Assembly (NCBI GenBank): GCA_016931955.1
Contig: JAFGDV010000024.1
Location: 1 to 63,295 of the forward strand
DNA length: 63,295 nucleotides
From: Candidatus Altiarchaeota archaeon
GTDB taxonomy: Archaea; Altiarchaeota; Altiarchaeia; IMC4; QMZM01
Direction: 5' to 3'
Shown: positions 1-8,551 of the stretch, piece after piece
How the letters are laid out: each line of letters starts with the position of its first letter
How positions within the stretch are numbered: the first letter of the stretch is position 1
Notes under the pieces: model-generated
Database searches by the model: none
Told to the model about the DNA's origin: nothing
Seen by the model: the letters and a program-made list of their open reading frames with translations, nothing else
Translations under genes and position numbers: made by a program

Positions 1-336
1 CAAGGGTGGGGTTGTTCGCCCATTAAAGGGATACGTGAGCTGGGTTTAGAACGTCGCGAGACAGTTTGGCGGCATCTACTGGAAGTGCGGTCTATCTGAG
101 AGGAAGGTTCATTTAGTACGAGAGGAACAATGGATCGCAGCCTCTTGTTTACCAGTTGTCTGATAAGGCATGCTGGGTAGCTACGCTGTAGCCGATAAGG
201 GCTGAAAGCATCTAAGCCTGAAACGGTCCTCGAAAAGAGATAGACTAGGCTCCCGTATAAGACGGGTTTGATAGGCAGGGGGTGTAAGTATCAAGCTTCG
301 GCGAGATATTCAGCCCACCTGTACTAACCGCCGTAT
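1..336 (+). rRNA. rrl: 23S rRNA, 3' portion (truncated by window start; 3' end approximate)
   Basis: Universal domain V/VI motifs: GTGAGCTGGGTTTAGAACGTCGCGAGACAGTT, sarcin-ricin loop AGTACGAGAGGAAC, GCTGAAAGCATCTAAG, terminal GTACTAACCG. Confidence 0.97.
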
Positions 337-378
337 CTAATACATTCTCAGCGATAGATTACCTATACATGGTCTTTT

Positions 379-658
379 GTGGGTAGTGGCTGTGGGGCTT
401 CGCCCTCTTTGGGTGAGGAAGTTCCATCCACCCTTATGCAGCTTTTTCGGGTGCGGCGAGAGCCGCGGTCGCATCTTTAGAGACGAGATGCCTGCCTGCT
501 TTTATGATGCCTTAGGCTGAAGTTGCATGCAGGCTTGTGAAACGAGATGCCCTGCTGGGTGTAAGGCATGCTTTGCCGCTTAGACGAATGCCCCAGAGGC
601 CAACGTCTGATTCTCAGACAAGAAGGCCTACAGAAGATGGACTACTGCCGCTGCCCAC
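379..658 (+). ncRNA. rnpB: Archaeal RNase P RNA, type M-like
   Basis: P1 GTGGGTAGTGGC/GCCGCTGCCCAC; CR-I GAGGAAGTTCCATCC pairs with CR-V ACAGAAGATGGACTA (P4 with bulged U); TGAAAC; GCTTAGACGAATG. Confidence 0.9.
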
Positions 659-668
659 CTAATCCTCA

Positions 669-814
669 ACAGCCTTTTAGTAAAAGGCTGTCAGCAAGAC
701 ACAAAGGCGTCTTGTCTGAGTCGAAACTGAAAGTTTCGCTCAGCGAAAACGGGAATTCACCATAGGTGAATTCAATGTTGATCAAACGAGCCACATACGC
801 TTCGCTAGTGGCTC
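669..814. other. Run of five consecutive hairpins downstream of rnpB
   Basis: Inverted repeats at 669-691, 695-714, 716-743, 753-773, 788-814. Confidence 0.55.
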
Positions 815-880
815 TAAACCCAAAAAAAAACCTTCTTGTCTTTTCTTTTTTTATTACACTATATCTTTATTGTCTGTAAA

Positions 881-2287
881 ATGATCGTGATGAAGTTTGG
901 CGGTACTTCCGTGGGTTCTGCGGAGGTCATAGATAAGGCCACTGACCTTATTATCCAGGAGAAGGATAGGAAGGTTGTGGTTGTTTCTGCTATGGGTGGT
1001 GTCACTGATAGGCTTGTTTCCATGGCCAAGAAGGTTGTTGATCTACCCAATGCCTTGGTGGAGGAGGAATGTAACCGTTTTCATCGTGACTTTCTTGAGT
1101 TTCATAGGTCTGCTGCTGAAGCTGTTATACGGGATGGGCGGGTTCTTGGAGAGGTTATCGCCCGTATTGCTGAGCTTTCTGAGGAGCTTCGTGTTACCTT
1201 GTTGGGTCTCGGTTATCTCGGCGATTTATCCCTTAAGCCCCTAGACTATATTCTCTCATTCGGCGAGCGTCTTTCTGTTTTGATTGTCGCGGGCGCCTTG
1301 GAGTCTAAGGGTGTTAAGGCGAAGGCCCTTACGGGTTATGAGGCGGGTATCATAACTGACTCAAATTTTGGATGTGCCCGCCCTGTTTACAGTAAGATGA
1401 AGGATTCTGTTAAAGCCGCTTTGTTGCCTCTTCTTAAGGCTGGTGTTCTTCCGGTTGTCACTGGTTTTGTGGCCGCCGACAAGAATGCTAGGATCACTAC
1501 CATGGGTAGGGGTGGTTCTGATTATTCTGCTTCTTTGATTGGTCGTTTTCTGGGGGTTGATGAGGTCCAGATCTGGACTGATGTTGACGGTATTCTGTCG
1601 ACTGACCCTAAGATTGTGTCTTCTGTTCAGTTGATCCCTAAGTTGTCGTATATTGAAGCAGTTGATCTCGCATACTTTGGCGCTAAGGTGATCCATTCTA
1701 AGATGATCGAGCCCGCAATGGAGGCTGACATTCCGGTGCGGATTAAGAACACCTTTAATCCTAAAGCGGATGGTACTTTGATTGTTCGTGAGCAGGAGAG
1801 GATTGAGCGTATCATAAAGGCTGTCGCTATTGCGAAGAACATTGACATAGTAAATGTTAGGGGTATGGGTATGTCTGAGACCCCGAACATAGCCGGTAGA
1901 TTGTTTTCTCTTCTGGGGGAGAATAACATAAACATTCCCATGATCTCCGGTTCCTCTGAGTCTAATCTATCCTTTGTCCTTAAGAGGGGTGATGTCTCTC
2001 GGGCGGTGGAGCTCTTAAATGAGTCTTTTGTTGGAAACGGTGTCCGGAGCATTGAGGTCTTGGAGGATGTTTGCATAATAACGGTCGTCGGCGTGGGCAT
2101 GACTGGGACTAAGGGTATCGCCGCCAGGATCTTTCAGACTGTTGCTGATAATGACGTCAATATTATCATGATTGCTCAGGGTTCTTCTGAGGTCAACGTT
2201 TCTTTTGTCGTGAATGCCGAAGACGGTAATAAGGCTGTGCGCGCCTTGCATAAGCGTTTTATCGAAGATGAAATCAGGTCTGGTTAG
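881..2287 (+). CDS. lysC: Aspartate kinase with two ACT domains
   Basis: MIVMKFGGTSVG, VVVVSAMGGVTD, GRGGSDYSA, IWTDVDG; start moved to ATG 881. Confidence 0.95.
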   Translation: MIVMKFGGTSVGSAEVIDKATDLIIQEKDRKVVVVSAMGGVTDRLVSMAKKVVDLPNALVEEECNRFHRDFLEFHRSAAEAVIRDGRVLGEVIARIAELSEELRVTLLGLGYLGDLSLKPLDYILSFGERLSVLIVAGALESKGVKAKALTGYEAGIITDSNFGCARPVYSKMKDSVKAALLPLLKAGVLPVVTGFVAADKNARITTMGRGGSDYSASLIGRFLGVDEVQIWTDVDGILSTDPKIVSSVQLIPKLSYIEAVDLAYFGAKVIHSKMIEPAMEADIPVRIKNTFNPKADGTLIVREQERIERIIKAVAIAKNIDIVNVRGMGMSETPNIAGRLFSLLGENNINIPMISGSSESNLSFVLKRGDVSRAVELLNESFVGNGVRSIEVLEDVCIITVVGVGMTGTKGIAARIFQTVADNDVNIIMIAQGSSEVNVSFVVNAEDGNKAVRALHKRFIEDEIRSG

Positions 2288-3170
2288 GGAGGCGGAGGGT
2301 ATCCTTGAGGGCTCTGGCTACAGGGTTCTTGACTGCAGCGGATTGAGGAGTTGTTTTGACTTATTGGCTAGGAGAGACAAGACCTTGGTTATTAAGGTTC
2401 TCGCCAACATTGATGGTCTGACCAGGAGGTGTTGTCTTGAGTTGCAGAATGTTGCCTTGGTTACTTCCTCTATTCCTCTGGTCCTGGGGGATCACACGAA
2501 GTCTGCTAAGCTTGCTGGCGGTGTCGTCTATGAGCGGTATGGTGTCCATGTCTTGAATAAGGATACGCTTGGGGACGTCATCAACGATGATCTTCCCGTG
2601 GTCTACTCTGTGAGGGGTAATTATTGTGTCAGGATTGATTCCCGTGTCCTGGCTAGGGTGCGTAGGAAGCTTAATCTGACTCAGGAGGGGCTTGCCAAGC
2701 ATCTGGGCGTTTCTAAGCAGAGCATCCACCGCTATGAGTCTTTGGGTAGGGTTTCTCTGGAAGTTATTGATCGTTTGATTGATTTCTTGGAGGATAATAT
2801 TGTCTTACCTAGTGAGGTTTTTTCTTCTCAGCATGTGTCTCATTCGTTTTCTGAGTCGAGGCCTTCTTCCTTGAAGAGGCTGGTCTTGGAGAAGTTTCTT
2901 GAGCTTGGTTTCTCTGCTTCGTTGACTAATGCTCCTTTTGACGTAGTCGCCGTTGAAGGTGATGAGCGTGTTCTGACTTCGGTGAGTGATGACCCTAGGA
3001 GGCTTAGGTTGAGGGTTGAGGTCATCAGTGATGTCTCCAACATGCTTGGAAGCTATGGTGTCTGCGTCAGCAACCGCTGTGAGGAATCCGATGTCGTCAT
3101 TTTGAAGCCTCGTCAGCTTTCTGGGATCCGTGATTCCAGGGAGCTCTTGGATCTTTTGGCAGGCTCTTAG
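2268..3170 (+). CDS. Archaeal HTH-type transcriptional regulator (COG1395-like, Xre HTH)
   Basis: CFDLLARR..LVIKVLANIDGL; HTH LTQEGLAKHLGVSKQSIHRYE; APFDVVA; start at ATG 2268 overlaps lysC end. Confidence 0.8.
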   Translation: MKSGLVREAEGILEGSGYRVLDCSGLRSCFDLLARRDKTLVIKVLANIDGLTRRCCLELQNVALVTSSIPLVLGDHTKSAKLAGGVVYERYGVHVLNKDTLGDVINDDLPVVYSVRGNYCVRIDSRVLARVRRKLNLTQEGLAKHLGVSKQSIHRYESLGRVSLEVIDRLIDFLEDNIVLPSEVFSSQHVSHSFSESRPSSLKRLVLEKFLELGFSASLTNAPFDVVAVEGDERVLTSVSDDPRRLRLRVEVISDVSNMLGSYGVCVSNRCEESDVVILKPRQLSGIRDSRELLDLLAGS

Positions 3171-3207
3171 CCTGCTTTTTAAACAATCAAACCCATATTT
3201 AGTCACA

Positions 3208-3723
3208 ATGAAACCCAAGAAGGGGAGGGACTGGTTATTTGACGACTTCTTCAGGGACTTTGAGGAGGAATTCAGGAGGATCGAAGAGGACCTTTCAAGG
3301 ATCCTTGAGGGTAGCTTGTCTGAGGACAAATTAGGTAAACCGGTCGTCTATGGTTTCTCCATCAATGTGAGCCCAGACGGCGAGCCTCGTATTGAACGCT
3401 TTGGTCATGTTCCTAGGGAGGGTGAACCTCTTGTCTCTGATGAACGAGAGCCTTTGGTCGATGTCATTGAAACCGAGAAGGAGATTCGTGTTGTCGCTGA
3501 GTTGCCTGGAGTGGAGCGGGAAGACATTTCCCTCAAAGTCTCGGGCGACGTTCTTGAGATTGATGTAGACACCGCCGCTAGAAAGTACCATAAGCAGTTG
3601 TTTCTTCCTGTTCGTGTGAAGGAGGACGTCACTAAAGCCACTTACAAGAATGGGGTCTTGGAGGTGAGGTTGTCTCCTGCGGGTCCTCGCAGGAGTCCTT
3701 CTTTCAGGGTTAACATTGACTGA
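3208..3723 (+). CDS. hsp20: Small heat shock protein Hsp20
   Basis: REPLVDVIE, VVAELPGV, ATYKNGVLEV alpha-crystallin motifs. Confidence 0.93.
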   Translation: MKPKKGRDWLFDDFFRDFEEEFRRIEEDLSRILEGSLSEDKLGKPVVYGFSINVSPDGEPRIERFGHVPREGEPLVSDEREPLVDVIETEKEIRVVAELPGVEREDISLKVSGDVLEIDVDTAARKYHKQLFLPVRVKEDVTKATYKNGVLEVRLSPAGPRRSPSFRVNID

Positions 3724-3796
3724 TTTTTATACACTTAAACCCATTACTTATCTCATCTATCTTGTGCTAAACTAAAAAAAATGGAGGTGAGTTATT

Positions 3797-5446
3797 ATGG
3801 CACAGTATTCTGGGCAACCTATTTTTATCTTGCCTGAGGGAGCTTTGAGGACCACTGGAAGGGACGCGCAGCGTAATAATATTATGGCTGCGAAGGCCGT
3901 GGCTGAGACTGTCAGAACTACTCTGGGTCCTAGGGGCATGGATAAGATGTTGGTTGATGACCTTGGCGACATCGTTATCACGAATGATGGCGCCACTATT
4001 GTTGAGGAGATGAACGTGGAGCATCCTGCGGCTAAGATGGTCGTTGAGGTCGCTAAGACGCAGGATGACGAGGTTGGCGACGGCACCACTACCGCCGTTA
4101 TCTTGACTGGTGAGTTGTTGGCTAACGCCGAGAAACTCTTGGATCAGGGTATCCATTCTTCTGTTATTGCCCGAGGTTATCGTATGGCCTCTGCGAAGGC
4201 TCAGGAGTTTTTGCAGGAGATCGGCAGGAAGATTTCCCTCGACGACAGGAAGTTGCTTACCGAGATCGCCATCACTGCTATGACTGGTAAGGGCGCTGAG
4301 ACCTCTAAGGAGTTGTTGAGTGAGCTTTCTGTGAAGGCTATTCAACAGATCACGGAGAAGGAGGGTGATAAGTTGGTTGCCGACTTGGATAACGTGAAGG
4401 TTGAGAAGAAGGAGGGAGGCAGTATCGCGGACTCTGAGCTTATTCAGGGCGTGATCGTCGACAAGGAGCGTGTTCATCCGGGAATGCCTAAGCGTGTTGA
4501 GAACGCAAAAATCACTCTCCTGGATGCTGCTATCGAGATTAAGGAGACTGAGACTGACGCTAAGATCCAGGTCACTGATCCTAGTCAGCTGCAGGCTTTC
4601 ATCACTCAGGAAGAGAACATGTTGAAGTCTATGGTTGATTCCGTCGCCAACTCTGGCGCTAATGTTGTTTTTTGTCAGAAGGGCATTGACGATCTTGCTC
4701 AGCATTTTTTCTCTAAGGCCGGTATTTTTGCCGTCCGCAGGGTTAAGAAGTCTGACATGGAGAAGCTTGCCAAGGCTACCAGTGCTTCTATTGTCACTAA
4801 CTTGAAGGATCTTTCTAAGAAGGATCTGGGTTTCGCTAAGTTGGTGGAGGAGAAGAAGGTTTCAGGCGAGGCTATGACTTTTGTCTCTGGTTGTCGTAAT
4901 CCTAAGTCTGTGAGTCTTCTTGTTAGGGGCGGCACTGAGCATGTAGTTGAAGAAGTCGAGCGCGCTGTTAATGATGCCTTGGGTGGTGTTGCCGCTGCTG
5001 TGGAGGTTGGTTTGATTGTTCCGGGTGGTGGTGCGCCTGAGGTCGAGGTCGCTAAGCGTCTTCGTGAGTTCGCGGAGTCTGTTGGCGGCCGGGAGCAGCT
5101 TGCTATTGGTGCTTTTGCTGATGCTTTGGAGGTTGTGCCTCGGACTTTGGCTGAGAGCGCGGGCTTGGATGCTATCGACATTCTTGTGGAACTTAGAGCT
5201 AAGCATGACCGCGGCGACGTTAACGCCGGTGTCTTGGTCTTGGAAGGAGGCGTTGGGGATATGTGGAAGCGCGGTATTGTGGAGCCTTTGAAGATTAAAA
5301 CTCAGGCTGTGAAGTCTGCTTCCGAAGCCTCTGAGATGATTTTGCGCATCGACGACGTTATCGCGTCCAGTAAGCCTAGGGGTGGTATGCCCGGTATGCC
5401 TCCTGGCGGCATGGGTGGTATGGGCGGCGAGATGCCTGAGATGTAG
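3797..5446 (+). CDS. ths: Thermosome subunit (group II chaperonin)
   Basis: [25 protein letters not shown]-terminal GGM tail; GGAGGTGA Shine-Dalgarno upstream. Confidence 0.98.
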   Translation: MAQYSGQPIFILPEGALRTTGRDAQRNNIMAAKAVAETVRTTLGPRGMDKMLVDDLGDIVITNDGATIVEEMNVEHPAAKMVVEVAKTQDDEVGDGTTTAVILTGELLANAEKLLDQGIHSSVIARGYRMASAKAQEFLQEIGRKISLDDRKLLTEIAITAMTGKGAETSKELLSELSVKAIQQITEKEGDKLVADLDNVKVEKKEGGSIADSELIQGVIVDKERVHPGMPKRVENAKITLLDAAIEIKETETDAKIQVTDPSQLQAFITQEENMLKSMVDSVANSGANVVFCQKGIDDLAQHFFSKAGIFAVRRVKKSDMEKLAKATSASIVTNLKDLSKKDLGFAKLVEEKKVSGEAMTFVSGCRNPKSVSLLVRGGTEHVVEEVERAVNDALGGVAAAVEVGLIVPGGGAPEVEVAKRLREFAESVGGREQLAIGAFADALEVVPRTLAESAGLDAIDILVELRAKHDRGDVNAGVLVLEGGVGDMWKRGIVEPLKIKTQAVKSASEASEMILRIDDVIASSKPRGGMPGMPPGGMGGMGGEMPEM

Positions 5447-5454
5447 TCCACCTG

Positions 5455-5486
5455 TTTTTTCTTCTTTTTCTTTTTCTTTTCTTTTG
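5455..5486 (+). terminator. T-rich archaeal terminator after thermosome gene
   Basis: Pyrimidine/T tracts immediately after the stop codon. Confidence 0.5.
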
Positions 5487-5500
5487 TTGATACTTATAAG

Positions 5501-6142
5501 ATGGCTGGTGGTATAGGGGGTAACAGGATTGTGGGGGTATTGCACTTTTGTTCCTTTGGTCTGTTGAGGAGGCTTTATGATTGGGTTCTTTCTTGGGCGG
5601 ATTCGAAGTACGGTTCTGCTGCATTAGCTTTTACTGCTTTCGCTGAGTCTTCTTTTTTCCCGGTTCCTCCTGATATTCTCTTGATTGCTCTTTCTGTTTC
5701 TAAGCCTGAGAAATCTTTTTGGTATGCTTTTGTGGCGGGTTTTTTTTCTGTGTTGGGTGGGATCTTTGGTTATTTTATTGGTCTTTTTTTGTATGACGTT
5801 ATTGGTAGGTTGATTATTGAGGGTCTGGGTTATGAGCAGTATTTCCAAGTGGTTGGGCAATTGTATAGGGATAATGCTTTTCTGGCTATTTTGGGTGCTG
5901 CTTTCACGCCTATTCCTTATAAGGTTTTCACTATTGCTGCGGGTTTTTGGGATGTGGGTTTGTTTTCTCTGGTTGCTGCTTCTTTTATCGGCAGATTTAG
6001 CAGGTTTTTTGTTGTCGGTGTTTTGATTCGTTTTTTTGGTGCGCGGGTTAAGGTCTTTATTGACAGGTATTTTAACTGGCTGACTTTGCTTTTTTTTGTC
6101 TTGGTTCTTTTAGGTTATCTCTGCATAAAGTATTTCATCTAG
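5501..6142 (+). CDS. YqaA/DedA-family (VTT domain) membrane protein; true start may be downstream
   Basis: LRRLYDWVLSWA, FAESSFFPVPPDILL, FTPIPYKVFTIAAG. Confidence 0.88.
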   Translation: MAGGIGGNRIVGVLHFCSFGLLRRLYDWVLSWADSKYGSAALAFTAFAESSFFPVPPDILLIALSVSKPEKSFWYAFVAGFFSVLGGIFGYFIGLFLYDVIGRLIIEGLGYEQYFQVVGQLYRDNAFLAILGAAFTPIPYKVFTIAAGFWDVGLFSLVAASFIGRFSRFFVVGVLIRFFGARVKVFIDRYFNWLTLLFFVLVLLGYLCIKYFI

Positions 6143-6147
6143 AATCA

Positions 6148-6177
6148 TCATATCTTCTTCGCCCAGAATTCGCATTC
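6148..6177 (-). repeat. Gene-end direct repeat copy 1 (reads ECEFWAKKI*)
   Basis: GAATGCGAATTCTGGGC GAAGAAGATATGA on minus strand. Confidence 0.9.
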
Positions 6178-6193
6178 TAGGAGTTGTTCTGTG

Positions 6194-6625
6194 TTATCTC
6201 TGTTTTTTGATTTCTTCTTCTATTGTTTTGAGGAATTTTTCGGCTGTTTTGATTGCGTGTTTGGCTTCGTATTCGGATATTGTGCCTGCTTGGTCGTATA
6301 TTGTGGCGTGTCTTTTTCGTCTTAGTCGGTCGAATGCTGTTATTTCTTTCCGGTATTTGTCGCCTAATGTGGTTTCGGTGAATTTTATCACTGCTAGGTG
6401 TTGTTTTTCGCCTGTTGGTCTGTATCCTTTGGAGAACATGAGGGCTCTTGCTGCCTGTAGGATTGAGTTGTATGCTATTGTGAATGCCCAGTCGATGCTG
6501 TTTTCGTATGTCTTTTTTGCTGTTTCGAGGTCTCTTTTCGCTAGTGTGAGTGAGTTTTCTATTTGTTGTTTGTTGGCTGGTAGTTTTTGTATCATGCCTT
6601 TTCGTTCTAGGTCTTCTGTGTTCAT
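6194..6625 (-). CDS. HEPN domain toxin (MNT-HEPN pair)
   Basis: AYNSILQAARAL helix and R-X4-Y/H-type motif RRKRHATIY; coupled to upstream nucleotidyltransferase. Confidence 0.85.
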   Translation of the reverse strand: MNTEDLERKGMIQKLPANKQQIENSLTLAKRDLETAKKTYENSIDWAFTIAYNSILQAARALMFSKGYRPTGEKQHLAVIKFTETTLGDKYRKEITAFDRLRRKRHATIYDQAGTISEYEAKHAIKTAEKFLKTIEEEIKKQR

Positions 6626-7173
6626 ATTAGTTTTATCTGTTTTTCTTTGAGTATGTTGGTTATGTAGGGGTCTTTTTGTTGTTTTCTTGTTTCGAATTCT
6701 TTTTTGCTGTAGGTGGAGTAGTTTATTTCTCTGTTTAGTTGGTCTTCGAGGCGTCTTATGATCTCAGATAGTCTGTCTTGGTCTGCGTCGCCTATGATCA
6801 TGAGGTCTATGTCGCTTTTTTTTGTTTCTTGGTTTTTTGCGTATGAGCCGTAGATGAATGCCTGCTCTATGTTGCCTATTTTTTTGAGTTCTTTTTTTAT
6901 TTCGTCGCCTATTGCGGTGGTTTTTAGTATTATTTTTTTGAGTTCTTCGTGTATTGGGTTTTTTTTGTCTGCTGTATAGTATCTGATGTTTCCTTGTTTT
7001 CTGCTTTTTATTATTCCTGCTTTTTCGAGGTTTTTGAGCTCTCTTCTGACTGCGTTTGTGTTTTCTTTGAGTTTTCTGGCTGTGTCTCTTAGGTAGTATT
7101 CGTTTTCTGGGTTGGTGAGGAATAGTGTGAGCAGTTTTACTCGTGTTTTGGAGGTTATGATGTGTTCTATCAT
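6622..7173 (-). CDS. wHTH + minimal nucleotidyltransferase (MNT) antitoxin
   Basis: N-terminal ArsR-like wHTH; YGSYAK...SDIDLMIIG; start 7173 or 7182 (the longer ORF reads through repeat copy 2). Confidence 0.88.
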   Translation of the reverse strand: MIEHIITSKTRVKLLTLFLTNPENEYYLRDTARKLKENTNAVRRELKNLEKAGIIKSRKQGNIRYYTADKKNPIHEELKKIILKTTAIGDEIKKELKKIGNIEQAFIYGSYAKNQETKKSDIDLMIIGDADQDRLSEIIRRLEDQLNREINYSTYSKKEFETRKQQKDPYITNILKEKQIKLI

Positions 7174-7213
7174 TGTATACATATTGTACTCAATAGTATA
7201 AAAATTGTATACA

Positions 7214-7251
7214 TCATATTTTTTTGCCCAGAATTCGCATTCACTGAATCC
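7214..7251 (-). repeat. Gene-end direct repeat copy 2 (GFSECEFWAKK, 1-nt shorter A-run)
   Basis: GGATTCAGT GAATGCGAATTCTGGGC AAAAAAATATGA. Confidence 0.9.
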
Positions 7252-7266
7252 TAACATCAGAATAGG

Positions 7267-7293
7267 GGCTTACTTGAATGCCAGCGTCTTCAC
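7267..7293 (-). repeat. Remnant copy of the FIST gene 3' end (VKTLAFK*)
   Basis: 24/27 nt identical to 9836-9862 (VKALASK*). Confidence 0.75.
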
Positions 7294-7703
7294 TGTTTTT
7301 CTGTGATTTTCAGGAATTCTGTGCTTGTGAGTATCTTTATTCCATCGTATTCTTTCAGGTTCAGCAGGTGTTTGTCTCCGGATACTATGTAGTCTGCTTT
7401 GCCTGCTTTTGCGCATTCTAGGATTTTGTTGTCTGCTGGGTCTTCTTTTATGGCGGTTATCTTTTTTTCAGGAGTCGTCAGATGTGATATTGCTAGTAGT
7501 AAGTGGATCATTTCGTTTATCTGGTTTGTGTTGTATCTGAATTTGGGTTTTATCATCACTTTGCGGAATTCGTCTAGGAGGTCTTCTGAAGTTGAGAGTG
7601 TTATTTCTTGGTTCACTGCTTTTTCCAGTATCCGCCATTCTTTTCCGCCGTATTTTATGAACGCTGATATGTGTATGTTGGTGTCGAGGACTGCTTTGAT
7701 CAT
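7290..7703 (-). CDS. vapC: PIN-domain toxin (VapC-like, PIN_3 type)
   Basis: AVLDTNIHISA, DPADNKILECA, YIVSGDKHLL. Confidence 0.92.
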   Translation of the reverse strand: MIKAVLDTNIHISAFIKYGGKEWRILEKAVNQEITLSTSEDLLDEFRKVMIKPKFRYNTNQINEMIHLLLAISHLTTPEKKITAIKEDPADNKILECAKAGKADYIVSGDKHLLNLKEYDGIKILTSTEFLKITEKQ

Positions 7704-7948
7704 CTTTTGGATCGTGTTTCTCTTATCGCATCTTCTATGTCTTCATCAGTTATGTCTTTTCTTGCTGTTTTCTGTGTTAGTTTTTTGAATTCCTCAGTCG
7801 TCGGCATATCCACTTTTTTGAGTATTACTGTATCGTCTTCACCGAATACTGCGAATCGTGTGCCTTTTTTGATTCCCAGTTTTTTCCTTATCTGTTGTGG
7901 TATCACTACCTGTCCTTTTTGGGATATTTTGGTCAGCTCTATGTTCAT
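7700..7948 (-). CDS. AbrB/MazE/SpoVT-family antitoxin
   Basis: TKISQKGQVVIPQQIRKKLGIKKG; ATGA overlap with PIN gene. Confidence 0.92.
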   Translation of the reverse strand: MNIELTKISQKGQVVIPQQIRKKLGIKKGTRFAVFGEDDTVILKKVDMPTTEEFKKLTQKTARKDITDEDIEDAIRETRSKR

Positions 7949-7959
7949 CTTCAACCGCC

Positions 7960-7984
7960 TGTAAGAATGTAAAACTTTCTTACA
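7960..7984. promoter_or_regulatory. Inverted repeat, probable autoregulatory operator of the AbrB-PIN module
   Basis: TGTAAGAA-N9-TTCTTACA directly upstream of the antitoxin start. Confidence 0.55.
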
Positions 7985-8023
7985 TTTATCTATTCACTAT
8001 GCAAGAATAAAAATAGCCCCCTT

Positions 8024-8053
8024 TTATATTTTTTTCGCCCAGAATTCGCATTC
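8024..8053 (-). repeat. Gene-end direct repeat copy 3 (ECEFWAKKI*)
   Basis: GAATGCGAATTCTGGGC GAAAAAAATATAA. Confidence 0.9.
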
Positions 8054-8065
8054 AGATTGTGGGGT

Positions 8066-8296
8066 TTATTTAAGTAGTTTTATTAGGTCTTGTTCTGAGA
8101 TTTTGGCTTGTTTTAGTATTCCTTTTATTGTCCCTATCTTTAGTTCGCCGTGGAGGGGTACTGTGCAGCCGGTTTTCCCTGATTCTGTTTCTTTGGTTAG
8201 AATGACGTGGCTGCCTTTCTGTCTTTTGGGTTTGTAGCCGAGTTTTGTGAGGGCTTTAATAAGCTCCTGCCCTGAGAGCTTTCTTAGTTTTAGCAT
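8066..8296 (-). CDS. hicA: HicA-family toxin
   Basis: LSGQELIKAL, RQKGSH, VPLHGELKIGTIKGILKQA. Confidence 0.93.
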   Translation of the reverse strand: MLKLRKLSGQELIKALTKLGYKPKRQKGSHVILTKETESGKTGCTVPLHGELKIGTIKGILKQAKISEQDLIKLLK

Positions 8297-8501
8297 GCTG
8301 TGTTACCTCGAATACTGTCATTATCGGCTTTTCTTCTGCTTCTTCGGCGGGGAATTCTTCTAGGTATAGTTCTGTGGCTTCTTTTAGGTTGGCTACGGCT
8401 TCGTCTACTGTTTTTCCTTGGCTTACTGTGCCGACTTCGGGGCATTCTGCCACGTACATGTCTTCTTCTTTGTGGAGTATTGCAGTGTATGTTTTTGTCA
8501 T
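8256..8501 (-). CDS. hicB: HicB-family antitoxin (short, no DNA-binding domain)
   Basis: YVAECPEVGTVSQGKTVDEAVANLKEATELYLEE. Confidence 0.92.
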   Translation of the reverse strand: MTKTYTAILHKEEDMYVAECPEVGTVSQGKTVDEAVANLKEATELYLEEFPAEEAEEKPIMTVFEVTQHAKTKKALRAGAY

Positions 8502-8551
8502 TTTTCGGGTGCTGTTAATGTTATTTAGGGCATACAGGTAAATAAAACGTC

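Noticed and set aside
568-765. 65-aa ORF
   Set aside because: Overlaps the RNase P RNA and hairpin run; no protein features
337-835. 5S rRNA, tRNA or SRP RNA after 23S
   Set aside because: No 5S, cloverleaf or SRP helix-8 motifs; the region is explained by rnpB
3767-5624. Long antisense ORFs over the thermosome gene (similar ones over leuA/ilvD)
   Set aside because: Shadow frames caused by codon bias of conserved genes
7174-7257. N-terminal extension MLGFSECEFWAKK of the MNT ORF
   Set aside because: Artefact of reading through repeat copy 2, whose A-run is 1 nt short
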